Positions 39,925 through 47,958 of a DNA stretch of 64,000 nucleotides are shown one piece after another. The stretch is taken from IMG/VR virus record IMGVR_UViG_3300032007_000001; one strand, written 5' to 3'. The DNA comes from a virus. Lineage: Duplodnaviria > Caudoviricetes. Below the pieces are notes generated by a model. The model ran no database searches. It had not been told where the DNA came from and saw only the letters and a program-made list of their open reading frames with translations. Numbering within the stretch: the first letter of the stretch is position 1; every line of letters begins with the position of its first letter. The position numbers and the translations under genes were made by a program.

Positions 39925-40301
39925 TGGAGATGAATATTATGGATTTTCTATTGTATAAAAAATCAAAATACATAAAAATAAATTATCACAGTTTTGATTT
40001 TGGTGAAGGAAACGCTTATATAAAATTTACTGGTGTTTCTGTCAATATGTATTTTGACAGATTAAATAATATGAATATTCATACATTCTATAAAAAAGCA
40101 AGAGCTTGGTCATCTATATCTTTTCGTGCAAATGAAATAAGAAATCAGGAAAATATAGATTGGGACATCGAGGGCAAAATATATTCATGCCCAATGTCAA
40201 TAAAAAAAATAATGAAACAAAACGAAGATTTACTTAAAAAAATCCTTAAACAATCAGAAGAAGATTTTAAGCCGTTACTTATAAAAATGTATGGGTGTTA
40301 A
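39924..40301 (+). CDS. Hypothetical early protein, paralogue family member 2
   Basis: NAYIKF...ISF...IDWDI...YSCPMSIKK...DFKP...MYG. Confidence 0.8.
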   Translation: MEMNIMDFLLYKKSKYIKINYHSFDFGEGNAYIKFTGVSVNMYFDRLNNMNIHTFYKKARAWSSISFRANEIRNQENIDWDIEGKIYSCPMSIKKIMKQNEDLLKKILKQSEEDFKPLLIKMYGC

Positions 40302-40303
40302 TT

Positions 40304-40669
40304 ATGGATGATTTATTCTTTTTAAGAAGTTGCAAATGCGCAACATTATATTATAGCAATAAGGATTTTTATGCAAACAATGCATATATAGAAGTTTATC
40401 GTATATCTTTTGATTTTGAATTTAATACATTAGATAAATATACAATTAATTATAGATCAAAAAAATCCAATAGAAACTGTTGTATATCATTTTCTCCAGA
40501 ACAAAATTTGCATCCAGAAACAATAGGATGGGATATTATCAAAAACGTATATATGTGTCCAATGTCAATTAAAAAATTTTTAGAAAAAAATAAAGACAAT
40601 ATGGAAAAATTAATAGAACAAGCAAAAAAAGATTTTCAACCGCATTGTAAAAAATTTTATGGATATTAA
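40304..40669 (+). CDS. Hypothetical early protein, paralogue family member 3
   Basis: NAYIEV...ISF...IGWDI...YMCPMSIKK...DFQP...FYG. ATG at 40304 is preferred by alignment with member 2. Confidence 0.8.
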   Translation: MDDLFFLRSCKCATLYYSNKDFYANNAYIEVYRISFDFEFNTLDKYTINYRSKKSNRNCCISFSPEQNLHPETIGWDIIKNVYMCPMSIKKFLEKNKDNMEKLIEQAKKDFQPHCKKFYGY

Positions 40670-40671
40670 TT

Positions 40672-40700
40672 GGAGAGGCAATTGTCTCTCCTTAATTTTT
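40672..40700 (+). terminator. Intrinsic terminator
   Basis: GGAGAGGCA-at-TGTCTCTCC followed by a T-rich tract. Confidence 0.65.
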
Positions 40701-40753
40701 TATCAAATATTAGTCTCGCAACAAAACTTTTTTAATTTTTTTACACAAAACTA

Positions 40754-40782
40754 TTTACATTTTCAGCATTCTGTGGTATAAT
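40754..40782 (+). promoter_or_regulatory. Sigma-A/70-type early promoter
   Basis: AAAACTA-TTTACA-17 nt-TATAAT with TGg extension, then SD AAGGAGG. Confidence 0.85.
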
Positions 40783-40811
40783 ATAACCATCAAAGGAAAG
40801 GAGGAAGCAAA

Positions 40812-42242
40812 ATGATTACCATCGAATTCGGAAACATCTACTGCCGGATGAATGGACTTGACAACTACCCGGTTATCAAGAATCGCATTGCTAAAATCCT
40901 TTCTTATACGACTGGTGGATTTGGTGCTCCCGCGATTACAAATTCTGTTTTCTCATATAAGAAAAACATGACTTACACTGGAGTTCTTCCTCACATCCTC
41001 AAAATCTTCAAAAAGGCTTCCATTCCTTTTCAGATGATAGACAAACGCGAAAAGCCCGAAAGCGGAGATTACTATAGCATCGCTGATGGTTTCCAGCTCA
41101 GAGATTACCAGCTCAAAGCTGTTATGAATACTTCTACTCGTACAGTCATCGGCGCAGCGACTGGCGCCGGCAAAACAATCATTATGGCAGCTCTTATTGC
41201 TCATGTAAACGTTAAAAAAGCAGTTGTTATCTCTCCGGAATTAGCGCTTGCTTATCAGACTAGAGACGAAATTGCAAACTTCCTCAACATTCATGTTGGT
41301 ATTCTTTCCGGTCAGGACCATGATATCGCCGATGTTATGGTAGTTACTCCTGAAGCTGCAATGAAAGAAAAGACCATCATGGAAAATGCAGAAGTTATCC
41401 TTTACGATGAGTGCCAGTTCCTTGGCGCAATGACGATTTTCAATACCGCTCTCCTTGCTAAAAAAGCTTATTACCGGTATGCACTTTCTGCTACTCCTTG
41501 GAGAGACGGTGAAGATGATATTCTGATTCACGCGGCAGTAAATGTTCCCAATCCGAAAGCTTACATCACTGCTTCTGATTTGATTAAGAATGGGAAACTT
41601 ACTCCTTGCAATATCTACTTTGTAGAACAAAAAGATGTATGCGGATGGAAAGGTAACTATAATGCTACTTATGAAGCTGCTATCGTAAATAATGAAGAAC
41701 GCAACAACAAAGCATTGAATATCATTAAACTGGCGAATGAAAAAAATTGGGGAGCGGTACTGATTCTCCTTACTCGCATCGACCATGGCAACAAAATGCT
41801 TGCAAAAATCCGCGAGCAATTCAATACCAAAAACTTCAATTACATTTACAATGACGTAGAATATGTTATCAACGAAGCAGAATATGTTCATGGTGGAGTT
41901 GAATTGGACCGCAGGAATGCAGTTCTTCAAGCAGCTCGCGAAGGCAAAGTAAAATATGTAATTGGAAGTTCAATTTTTGATGCCGGAATTTCGGTCTCGT
42001 GCCTCAACGTGTTGATTCTCCTTGGTTCTGGTAAATCTTCTACTCGCGCGTTCCAGAGAATTGGCCGAGTTCTTCGCCTTAGCGAAGGCAAAGAAAGAGC
42101 ATATGTATTCGATTTCATGGATGAAAACAATACCTTCAAAAAACATGCAATCACTCGCAAAATGCTCTATAGCACGGAAAAAGAATTCAAAAACAACATG
42201 TACCTCATGGACGAAAACCTCACAATTAAAAACAAAATGTAA
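40812..42242 (+). CDS. SF2 DNA helicase, UvsW-like
   Basis: LRDYQ, AATGAGKT, DECQ, SAT, FDAGIS and QRIGRVLR. Confidence 0.9.
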   Translation: MITIEFGNIYCRMNGLDNYPVIKNRIAKILSYTTGGFGAPAITNSVFSYKKNMTYTGVLPHILKIFKKASIPFQMIDKREKPESGDYYSIADGFQLRDYQLKAVMNTSTRTVIGAATGAGKTIIMAALIAHVNVKKAVVISPELALAYQTRDEIANFLNIHVGILSGQDHDIADVMVVTPEAAMKEKTIMENAEVILYDECQFLGAMTIFNTALLAKKAYYRYALSATPWRDGEDDILIHAAVNVPNPKAYITASDLIKNGKLTPCNIYFVEQKDVCGWKGNYNATYEAAIVNNEERNNKALNIIKLANEKNWGAVLILLTRIDHGNKMLAKIREQFNTKNFNYIYNDVEYVINEAEYVHGGVELDRRNAVLQAAREGKVKYVIGSSIFDAGISVSCLNVLILLGSGKSSTRAFQRIGRVLRLSEGKERAYVFDFMDENNTFKKHAITRKMLYSTEKEFKNNMYLMDENLTIKNKM

Positions 42243-42268
42243 AAGAGAGGAACAAATCCTCTCTTTTA
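42241..42268 (+). terminator. Intrinsic terminator
   Basis: AAAAGAGAGGA-acaaa-TCCTCTCTTTT. Confidence 0.8.
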
Positions 42269-42271
42269 TTA

Positions 42272-42300
42272 TTTACAAAACTTTAAAAATAATATATAAT
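42272..42300 (+). promoter_or_regulatory. Sigma-A/70-type early promoter
   Basis: TA-TTTACA-17 nt-TATAAT. Confidence 0.75.
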
Positions 42301-42330
42301 TCAAACAAAAAAACAAAGGAGAGAAAAATT

Positions 42331-42705
42331 ATGTCCAATAAAATTAAACAACTAAATGAAAATTCTTTTTTCTATGATGGTGCTACGTATGGTATTCAAT
42401 TCATTAATTCAGATGGAAAAAGCAATATAAATTTCGAAATAAATATTTATAAAAACTATAATATGGAAACAAAACCAATAAAAATCGATATGTTTAACAA
42501 TAACAATCATAAAGGATTAGAATGTTTTGATAAAAATTTGAAAGATTTCATTCTTGACATGATTAGCATGATTATTTGCAAAAAAGATAATGAATATATA
42601 GAAGAAGTAATTATGAAAAACAATAAAGAAGAAATTGAAAATGAAGATATTGAAATATATAAGCCAACAGATGATTGGGGAAAAAGCATTATGAACATGT
42701 TCTAA
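42331..42705 (+). CDS. Hypothetical early protein (124 aa)
   Basis: ATG at 42331 with SD AAGGAG, its own promoter, and a terminator at 42722-42752. Confidence 0.8.
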   Translation: MSNKIKQLNENSFFYDGATYGIQFINSDGKSNINFEINIYKNYNMETKPIKIDMFNNNNHKGLECFDKNLKDFILDMISMIICKKDNEYIEEVIMKNNKEEIENEDIEIYKPTDDWGKSIMNMF

Positions 42706-42786
42706 AATTAAAAAATTTTTCAAGAGAGGAAAATTCATTCCTCTCTTTTTTATTTTGTTTTTAACTGAATATAAAGAATGGTATAA

Positions 42787-42967
42787 ATGTCAATCAACTT
42801 AAACGATATAATAAATTATGGAAGCGCTACATTCAAAGTCGTAAAAACAGCTACATCAGAAGACATCAGATGCATCAAGAACGACATAATTATATGCTGG
42901 CAGTTCAATAACATCTGCTCCGTGTAGAGTAAAAGTTTGGAAAATTGGTAAAATAAAAAGCACCTAA
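42787..42967 (+). pseudogene. Internally deleted tail-fibre gene
   Basis: MSINLNDIINYGSATFKVVKTAT matches the N-termini of 43338..43943 and 44710..45570. Another frame gives a fibre-like C-terminus YAGSSITSAPCRVKVWKIG ending at a terminator. Confidence 0.7.
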
Positions 42968-42981
42968 ATTGGTGCTTTTTT
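42955..42981. terminator. Bidirectional terminator
   Basis: AAAAAGCACC-taaatt-GGTGCTTTTT between convergent units. Confidence 0.8.
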
Positions 42982-42983
42982 AA

Positions 42984-43319
42984 TTAATCATTTTGAATTT
43001 TTCTATATTCTTCGTCATACCAATCATTTAAGTCATTTATTTCTTGTTTTAATTCTTCTTGAAGTTCTGTATCTCCTAATAACTGTGCTTCACTAAAACA
43101 TTTAAGCAATTCATCTTTACTTTGATTATATTGATTGTCCAATTCGTTTATCATGTTTGATTTATCTTTAATCCAAGTACCGTCTTCTTTTGCAACGTAA
43201 TCGCCATCTGTTGGACGTTCTGATTGCATTAAAATTTCATTATTTGATGGCGAATAATTAACATCATCATTTACAATCGTTTGTTGTGCTTGACCAATAA
43301 TTGCATAAATTTTAGACAT
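42984..43319 (-). CDS. Putative tail fibre assembly chaperone
   Basis: ERPTDGDYVAKEDGTW followed by a helical C-terminus; directly downstream of a fibre gene. Confidence 0.6.
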   Translation of the reverse strand: MSKIYAIIGQAQQTIVNDDVNYSPSNNEILMQSERPTDGDYVAKEDGTWIKDKSNMINELDNQYNQSKDELLKCFSEAQLLGDTELQEELKQEINDLNDWYDEEYRKIQND

Positions 43320-43337
43320 ATATATCTCTCCCTTTTT

Positions 43338-43943
43338 TTAAAAAGCTTTTATAATATATTTCATTGTTAAAGATTTCGGTTGAACAGTATCTACAGAATC
43401 AGAATAAATTGAATTATAAAAAGAAGCATCTATCTTAAATCCATATCGTGGTTCTCCTCCTGTAAAATCACTTTTCCCACGCAAATAAGAATAGGATGAA
43501 GTTGGTACAGCTTCAATGGCTCCAGACCCGCTCCAATCAGATGGGTCGCACCATTGACAATCTCCAATTAACTTAAATTCGCCTTTTATATTTGGTAATC
43601 CGGCATTTTTATTTGTACCAGGTACCGAACTTCCTTCTATAAATTTATCTATCAAATTGGGTAAATTAAACGTTGTTGATTCATCACCAGAACCGTATGT
43701 TGTTCCTATTATATTATATAATTTACTATATGTTGTTCTTGATATAGCCGAACCATCACATAATAAATAACTATATGGAATAGTATTCCCACAAAATGGA
43801 AAAATAACTCCAATAGGAACATAATTGTATGAAACCAAATCTAATTGATTTTGAATATTTACAATATCATTATTTGTGGCTATTTTTACAACCTTAAATG
43901 CTGCATTTCCATATGTAATTATATCGTTTAGATTTATAGACAT
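43338..43943 (-). CDS. Tail fibre protein with tail-collar domain
   Basis: VPIGVIFPF...YLLCDGSAISRTTYSKLY..IGTTYGSGDESTTFNLPNL, AGLPNIKG and TVQPKSLTMKYIIK. Confidence 0.9.
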   Translation of the reverse strand: MSINLNDIITYGNAAFKVVKIATNNDIVNIQNQLDLVSYNYVPIGVIFPFCGNTIPYSYLLCDGSAISRTTYSKLYNIIGTTYGSGDESTTFNLPNLIDKFIEGSSVPGTNKNAGLPNIKGEFKLIGDCQWCDPSDWSGSGAIEAVPTSSYSYLRGKSDFTGGEPRYGFKIDASFYNSIYSDSVDTVQPKSLTMKYIIKAF

Positions 43944-43967
43944 ACAATCATTCCATTATTTTGGATA

Positions 43968-44549
43968 TTAATTATTTTCTGGCCAAATAATTGCATTTAC
44001 TTCTTCTTTTGTTTCCGCTGCCAAAACGTTGTCTCTTAATTGATTATATTGAACATGTAAAGCATTTGAACGAATAGCTGCTTGAGTATTAATACCAGCA
44101 AAATCTTCAACTGTCATTGTAACACTTTGATTATCAGCTGTAGTCCAAAGAATTTCTCCGGCTCCAGCGTCCTCAAGAGATTGCCTTGCTATACTTAATC
44201 TATCTCTAGACTTATCGTCATAATCAAAAGTATTTCCATTATAAGAAATAACATCAATTTCTTTCATATCTCTTGTGTTTTTTAATTCCATTATTTTTTG
44301 TTGTTTGACTTCTTCTAATGTAAGTTCGCGTTCAATTATTTCTTGTTTTTGTGGAATTTCTGCATATTCCCATTTGTTTCCATCCCATACAACGTTAAAT
44401 CCTTCTTTGGATTCTAATGGTTGAATCAATGTACAATTTGCTGGAATAAGAAAAATATCTTTTCCTGCTTTTTTTGTTTCCAATGGGTCAATCTGGCATT
44501 GCATTTCGGCAATAAAAATACCATTATCATCATACCTATAGGCAATCAT
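43968..44549 (-). CDS. Tail fibre assembly protein (DUF4376-like)
   Basis: DPLE...IPANCT...WDGNKW, LEEVKQQKIMELKNTRD, FDYDDKSRDR and EEVNAIIW. Confidence 0.8.
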   Translation of the reverse strand: MIAYRYDDNGIFIAEMQCQIDPLETKKAGKDIFLIPANCTLIQPLESKEGFNVVWDGNKWEYAEIPQKQEIIERELTLEEVKQQKIMELKNTRDMKEIDVISYNGNTFDYDDKSRDRLSIARQSLEDAGAGEILWTTADNQSVTMTVEDFAGINTQAAIRSNALHVQYNQLRDNVLAAETKEEVNAIIWPENN

Positions 44550-44676
44550 TTTTATTTCTCCTTATATATTTAATCATATTTATTTTATACATTTAGCGGC
44601 GTGCAATTTTTTTGATGAATAAAAAAATAATATTTTTCTATAAGAAAATGTACTAACTGTTCACATTTCACGAGAT

Positions 44677-44710
44677 AAAAATGGGAGGTTTTTCGACCTC
44701 CCATTATTTT
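44677..44710 (-). terminator. Intrinsic terminator
   Basis: AATGGGAGGT-ttttcg-ACCTCCCATT. Confidence 0.8.
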
Positions 44711-45570
44711 TATGCAAGTAAGAAATATATTCTAACACCGTAACTATTTGTTGCAGGTCCATACGCAGAATTTCCATCTGACTTAACAGCTGCAAAACTA
44801 TTTGAATTATATACAGACCTTAACCAATAACTAACATTTTTGTCGTTTCCTGAGAACATCAATCTTCTGTTGTTTCTAAATACTGAAAATTGTTTATTGC
44901 CATCTCTTGTGTCAAATCCAGAAGAACTAAATGGTGCATATCCATATACCATTGCTTCATTTAAGATATTAGCCGTTACACTTTTTTTACTAACATTTGT
45001 TGTTACACCAGACGTAACTTGGTCGGTTAAATATTCATCATGTACGATAACGTGGTTTACGCCAAAAGCACTAACAATGGCTGTTGAATATAATGGCATC
45101 ATGGTTGTCCACATTGCTGAACCAACATATCCATCAGCAGTTGTATCTGTACCATTCATTACTGATTTACCAACATTAAATTCAGATACCATAACAACAT
45201 GATTTTTCGTAAGTTCTGTATCACCGGTATTAATAAAATAATTACAGTCGGCAACTACCCATTTTATATCATCATATGTTGTTCCGTTTACAGTAATAGA
45301 TTTTACAATATAATCGCCAGGGTAAATATTTTTGAACGTACCATTTGAAATATTTGCCGACATTCTGTTTGCATCAAAATCAGCAGTTATATCTTTTCCT
45401 CTATAAATAGAATTATGTGCAGCAGCATTATTGAAAAGTGCATTATCTAATTTAGTATCAACTGCATTGACTTCGTTTCTTACATCAGCAATATCTTTTG
45501 TTGTTGCCAATCTAACAACAAGAAATCTTGCAGTACCATCTGTAATTATATCGTTTAAGTTTACTGCCAT
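44710..45570 (-). CDS. Receptor-binding/tail fibre protein with C-type-lectin-like (DUF6273-like) C-terminus
   Basis: AAAHNSIYRGKDIT, IYPGDYI, GYVGSAM and YWLRSV...SFAAV..DG......ATNSYGVRIYF. Confidence 0.7.
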   Translation of the reverse strand: MAVNLNDIITDGTARFLVVRLATTKDIADVRNEVNAVDTKLDNALFNNAAAHNSIYRGKDITADFDANRMSANISNGTFKNIYPGDYIVKSITVNGTTYDDIKWVVADCNYFINTGDTELTKNHVVMVSEFNVGKSVMNGTDTTADGYVGSAMWTTMMPLYSTAIVSAFGVNHVIVHDEYLTDQVTSGVTTNVSKKSVTANILNEAMVYGYAPFSSSGFDTRDGNKQFSVFRNNRRLMFSGNDKNVSYWLRSVYNSNSFAAVKSDGNSAYGPATNSYGVRIYFLLA

Positions 45571-45654
45571 GTTTACCTTCCTCTTTTAATCGTATTTTTT
45601 CTCTACTATCAATTTAATATTTTTTTTTAATGTTCATATCACAAATAAAAATTT

Positions 45655-45870
45655 TTATTTCTTTTCTTTTTTAATATCAACTTTTTTAATCTTAAATTTC
45701 CATTCTTCGTTTTCTTTATTCATTGCTTTTACTATTTTTGACAATTTATCTTTTATTTCTTTCATTTCTACAAACAAAGATGCTTCTTTTAAGTTTTCTA
45801 CCGGCTTTAATGTTTCTATATTAATTGGCACTTCTTTATTTTTATTAAATTTACCATATACAGCGTACAT
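45655..45870 (-). CDS. Hypothetical protein
   Basis: 71-aa ORF in an operon. Confidence 0.65.
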   Translation of the reverse strand: MYAVYGKFNKNKEVPINIETLKPVENLKEASLFVEMKEIKDKLSKIVKAMNKENEEWKFKIKKVDIKKEKK

Positions 45871-45874
45871 TTTA

Positions 45875-46123
45875 TCATTCCTTTTCTTTATTTAATATGT
45901 TAATACAATTCATGCACGCTACATGTAATGCAGCAGACGCATTATTAATTTTTACTAAATCAGACATAAAATTTTTTCTATTTTCATCTGTCTCTTCATT
46001 TTGATATAATTGACTCATTTTTTCCAAAGATTTATTTAAGTCATTAATTTTTCCAGTCCATTCCATTACATCTTTTAACCATTCTTCCAATCCTAAAACA
46101 AGATTTGCTTTTAATCTTTTCAT
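45875..46123 (-). CDS. Hypothetical protein
   Basis: 82-aa ORF with SD GGAGG. Confidence 0.7.
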   Translation of the reverse strand: MKRLKANLVLGLEEWLKDVMEWTGKINDLNKSLEKMSQLYQNEETDENRKNFMSDLVKINNASAALHVACMNCINILNKEKE

Positions 46124-46137
46124 TACTTTCCCTCCAA

Positions 46138-47007
46138 TTAATGCTGTTCATAATATTCTTTCCAAAATTTCTTAAATGCAACGCCAATGTTTCCAATACC
46201 ATTACACTTCGAACATAACGGCAAAGATTTTCTATCATGATTCAATTGTTTTTCTCTCATGTTTTTAAAATTGTTTATATATATATCGTATACATTTTCT
46301 TCATATATATTACCAATCGTATCTATTCTTTTCCAATCACTAGAACAATGATGAATAGTGCCGTCTGTATCTACTGTAACTTGATAAAACGGCATATAAC
46401 ATACAGTATCTGGTACTTCTCTTGGAGATATGTAAAATACATTACCAGCACGGTTATTTACTGGACTTGATAAATGTTCTATATACATGGGACGTATTTT
46501 TAATCTCTTATTATACCCATACCCATCATAATTTTCATATTTTGATGTAAAATAATCTTCATCTTCTCTACTATATACGGATATTTCGATTTCTTTTATA
46601 CATTTCATATTAACAATTTCGTCTGTTAACTTTACACCATTTGTAATCAAAATAATATAAGATTGTGGACATAAATCATTTAACATATTAACAATTTCAA
46701 TGAATTGTGGATGTAACGTTGGTTCTCCTAATCCAGAAATACTGAATCTTCCACAAAAATCTTTTCCTAATTGATTGCACAATAACTTTACTGTATCTAA
46801 TGACATAAAATCCGGTATTCCTTCAGGACGAACATATCCGTGACCTCTTGGGCAGCACCAACATTTTAAGTTACACACGTCTGATATACTTAATATTACT
46901 GTACACAATGCTGTTTTTTCATTTAATTCTACTTTTGATAAATAATCTTCTATAAATTTGAAATTCTTTATTTGCGGATTCTTAAATTTTTCCAAAAAAA
47001 ACACCAC
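46138..47007 (-). CDS. Radical SAM protein with SPASM/twitch domain
   Basis: CNLKCWCC (CxxxCxxC), SGLGEPTLHP, ITNG, CYMPF...VDTDGTIHHC...IGNI...CSKC. Confidence 0.9.
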   Translation of the reverse strand: MVFFLEKFKNPQIKNFKFIEDYLSKVELNEKTALCTVILSISDVCNLKCWCCPRGHGYVRPEGIPDFMSLDTVKLLCNQLGKDFCGRFSISGLGEPTLHPQFIEIVNMLNDLCPQSYIILITNGVKLTDEIVNMKCIKEIEISVYSREDEDYFTSKYENYDGYGYNKRLKIRPMYIEHLSSPVNNRAGNVFYISPREVPDTVCYMPFYQVTVDTDGTIHHCSSDWKRIDTIGNIYEENVYDIYINNFKNMREKQLNHDRKSLPLCSKCNGIGNIGVAFKKFWKEYYEQH

Positions 47008-47086
47008 CTATAGTAATTATATTTTTTGTACAACAAAATTTAATTTAATTAATTTTTGAAAATGATATAATGTATTTGGTGATTTT

Positions 47087-47413
47087 ATGAACTACATTTT
47101 AGATTCAACAATGTGCAACAAATATGTTGATTATTGTATATTTAGCAACACGAATAACAAAAGATTTTATATTGCTATTTATTTTTATCACAGAAATTAT
47201 GAAAATACAAAAGATTTTTATTTTTTCATCATGAAAAAGGAAAAACATTCTAAAACCCTAAAAATAGAAAAGCCATTTGATGTTCTTTCATTAAAAGATA
47301 TAAAAGAAAGTGATGTTTGGAAAAATTTTGATGAAAATGAATTTGATGATTTAAGAGTTCTTGTAAAAAATTTCTATAAGATAACAAAATTTGATATAAG
47401 ATATGGACTCTAA
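47087..47413 (+). CDS. Hypothetical early protein
   Basis: 108 aa, extended -10 TGaTATAAT at 47063-47071, and a terminator at 47413-47443. Confidence 0.7.
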   Translation: MNYILDSTMCNKYVDYCIFSNTNNKRFYIAIYFYHRNYENTKDFYFFIMKKEKHSKTLKIEKPFDVLSLKDIKESDVWKNFDENEFDDLRVLVKNFYKITKFDIRYGL

Positions 47414-47427
47414 AAAAAAGAGGAGAA

Positions 47428-47658
47428 TTACTTCTCCTCTTTTGTTATTTCTCTTAATAAATCAAAATTATTATCTTGAGAGTCTTTTAAGTCTTCATAA
47501 TATTTTCTGAAGAATTCCAATGCATCAAAATTATGTTTTTCTCCATATATTTTGATTTTTGATATGAATTCTTCATCTTCAATAAGAAGCTTCATATCAT
47601 TTATTGTTTCTTCATTTCTCTTTTTTGCTCTACTGATGATTTCATCAATATCAATCAT
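47428..47658 (-). CDS. Hypothetical protein
   Basis: 76-aa ORF overlapping the upstream gene's stop. Confidence 0.65.
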   Translation of the reverse strand: MIDIDEIISRAKKRNEETINDMKLLIEDEEFISKIKIYGEKHNFDALEFFRKYYEDLKDSQDNNFDLLREITKEEK

Positions 47659-47944
47659 TCTTTTTCACCAGATTATCATCAATAATATTCTTATGTTGAA
47701 TCACTAATCCAGTGTCTTCTTGATACACTAATTCTTTTTCTTCATTTGTAATTGCTGTAATCAATGGACCAAACAAAGAACAAAAACTTTCAAGAAAAGC
47801 TTCGCAATCATTCTTCTTTTCAGAAATAATAAGTCTATGAGCGATTTGTTCGTCGTCAATATCTTCGCTCACTGTGACTTCTATTTTGAAAGAATCATTC
47901 ATTGCTTTCAGGACTTCTTTTAATTTGTTTTCTATATCGTTCAA
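47651..47944 (-). CDS. Hypothetical protein
   Basis: 97-aa ORF with TTG start and SD. Confidence 0.7.
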   Translation of the reverse strand: MNDIENKLKEVLKAMNDSFKIEVTVSEDIDDEQIAHRLIISEKKNDCEAFLESFCSLFGPLITAITNEEKELVYQEDTGLVIQHKNIIDDNLVKKND

Positions 47945-47958
47945 TTAAATTCGCTCCC

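Noticed and set aside
41241-41930. 229-aa antisense ORF in the helicase
   Set aside because: It is a shadow of the helicase's codon bias, with no SD or recognisable motifs.
42022-42330. N-terminal extension of the 227-aa ORF
   Set aside because: It overlaps the helicase and crosses a terminator and a promoter; the supported start is 42331.
44710-44830. Diversity-generating retroelement target, since the C-terminus resembles the lectin-fold variable regions DGRs mutate
   Set aside because: I found no template repeat and no reverse transcriptase in the window. A DGR elsewhere in the genome cannot be excluded.
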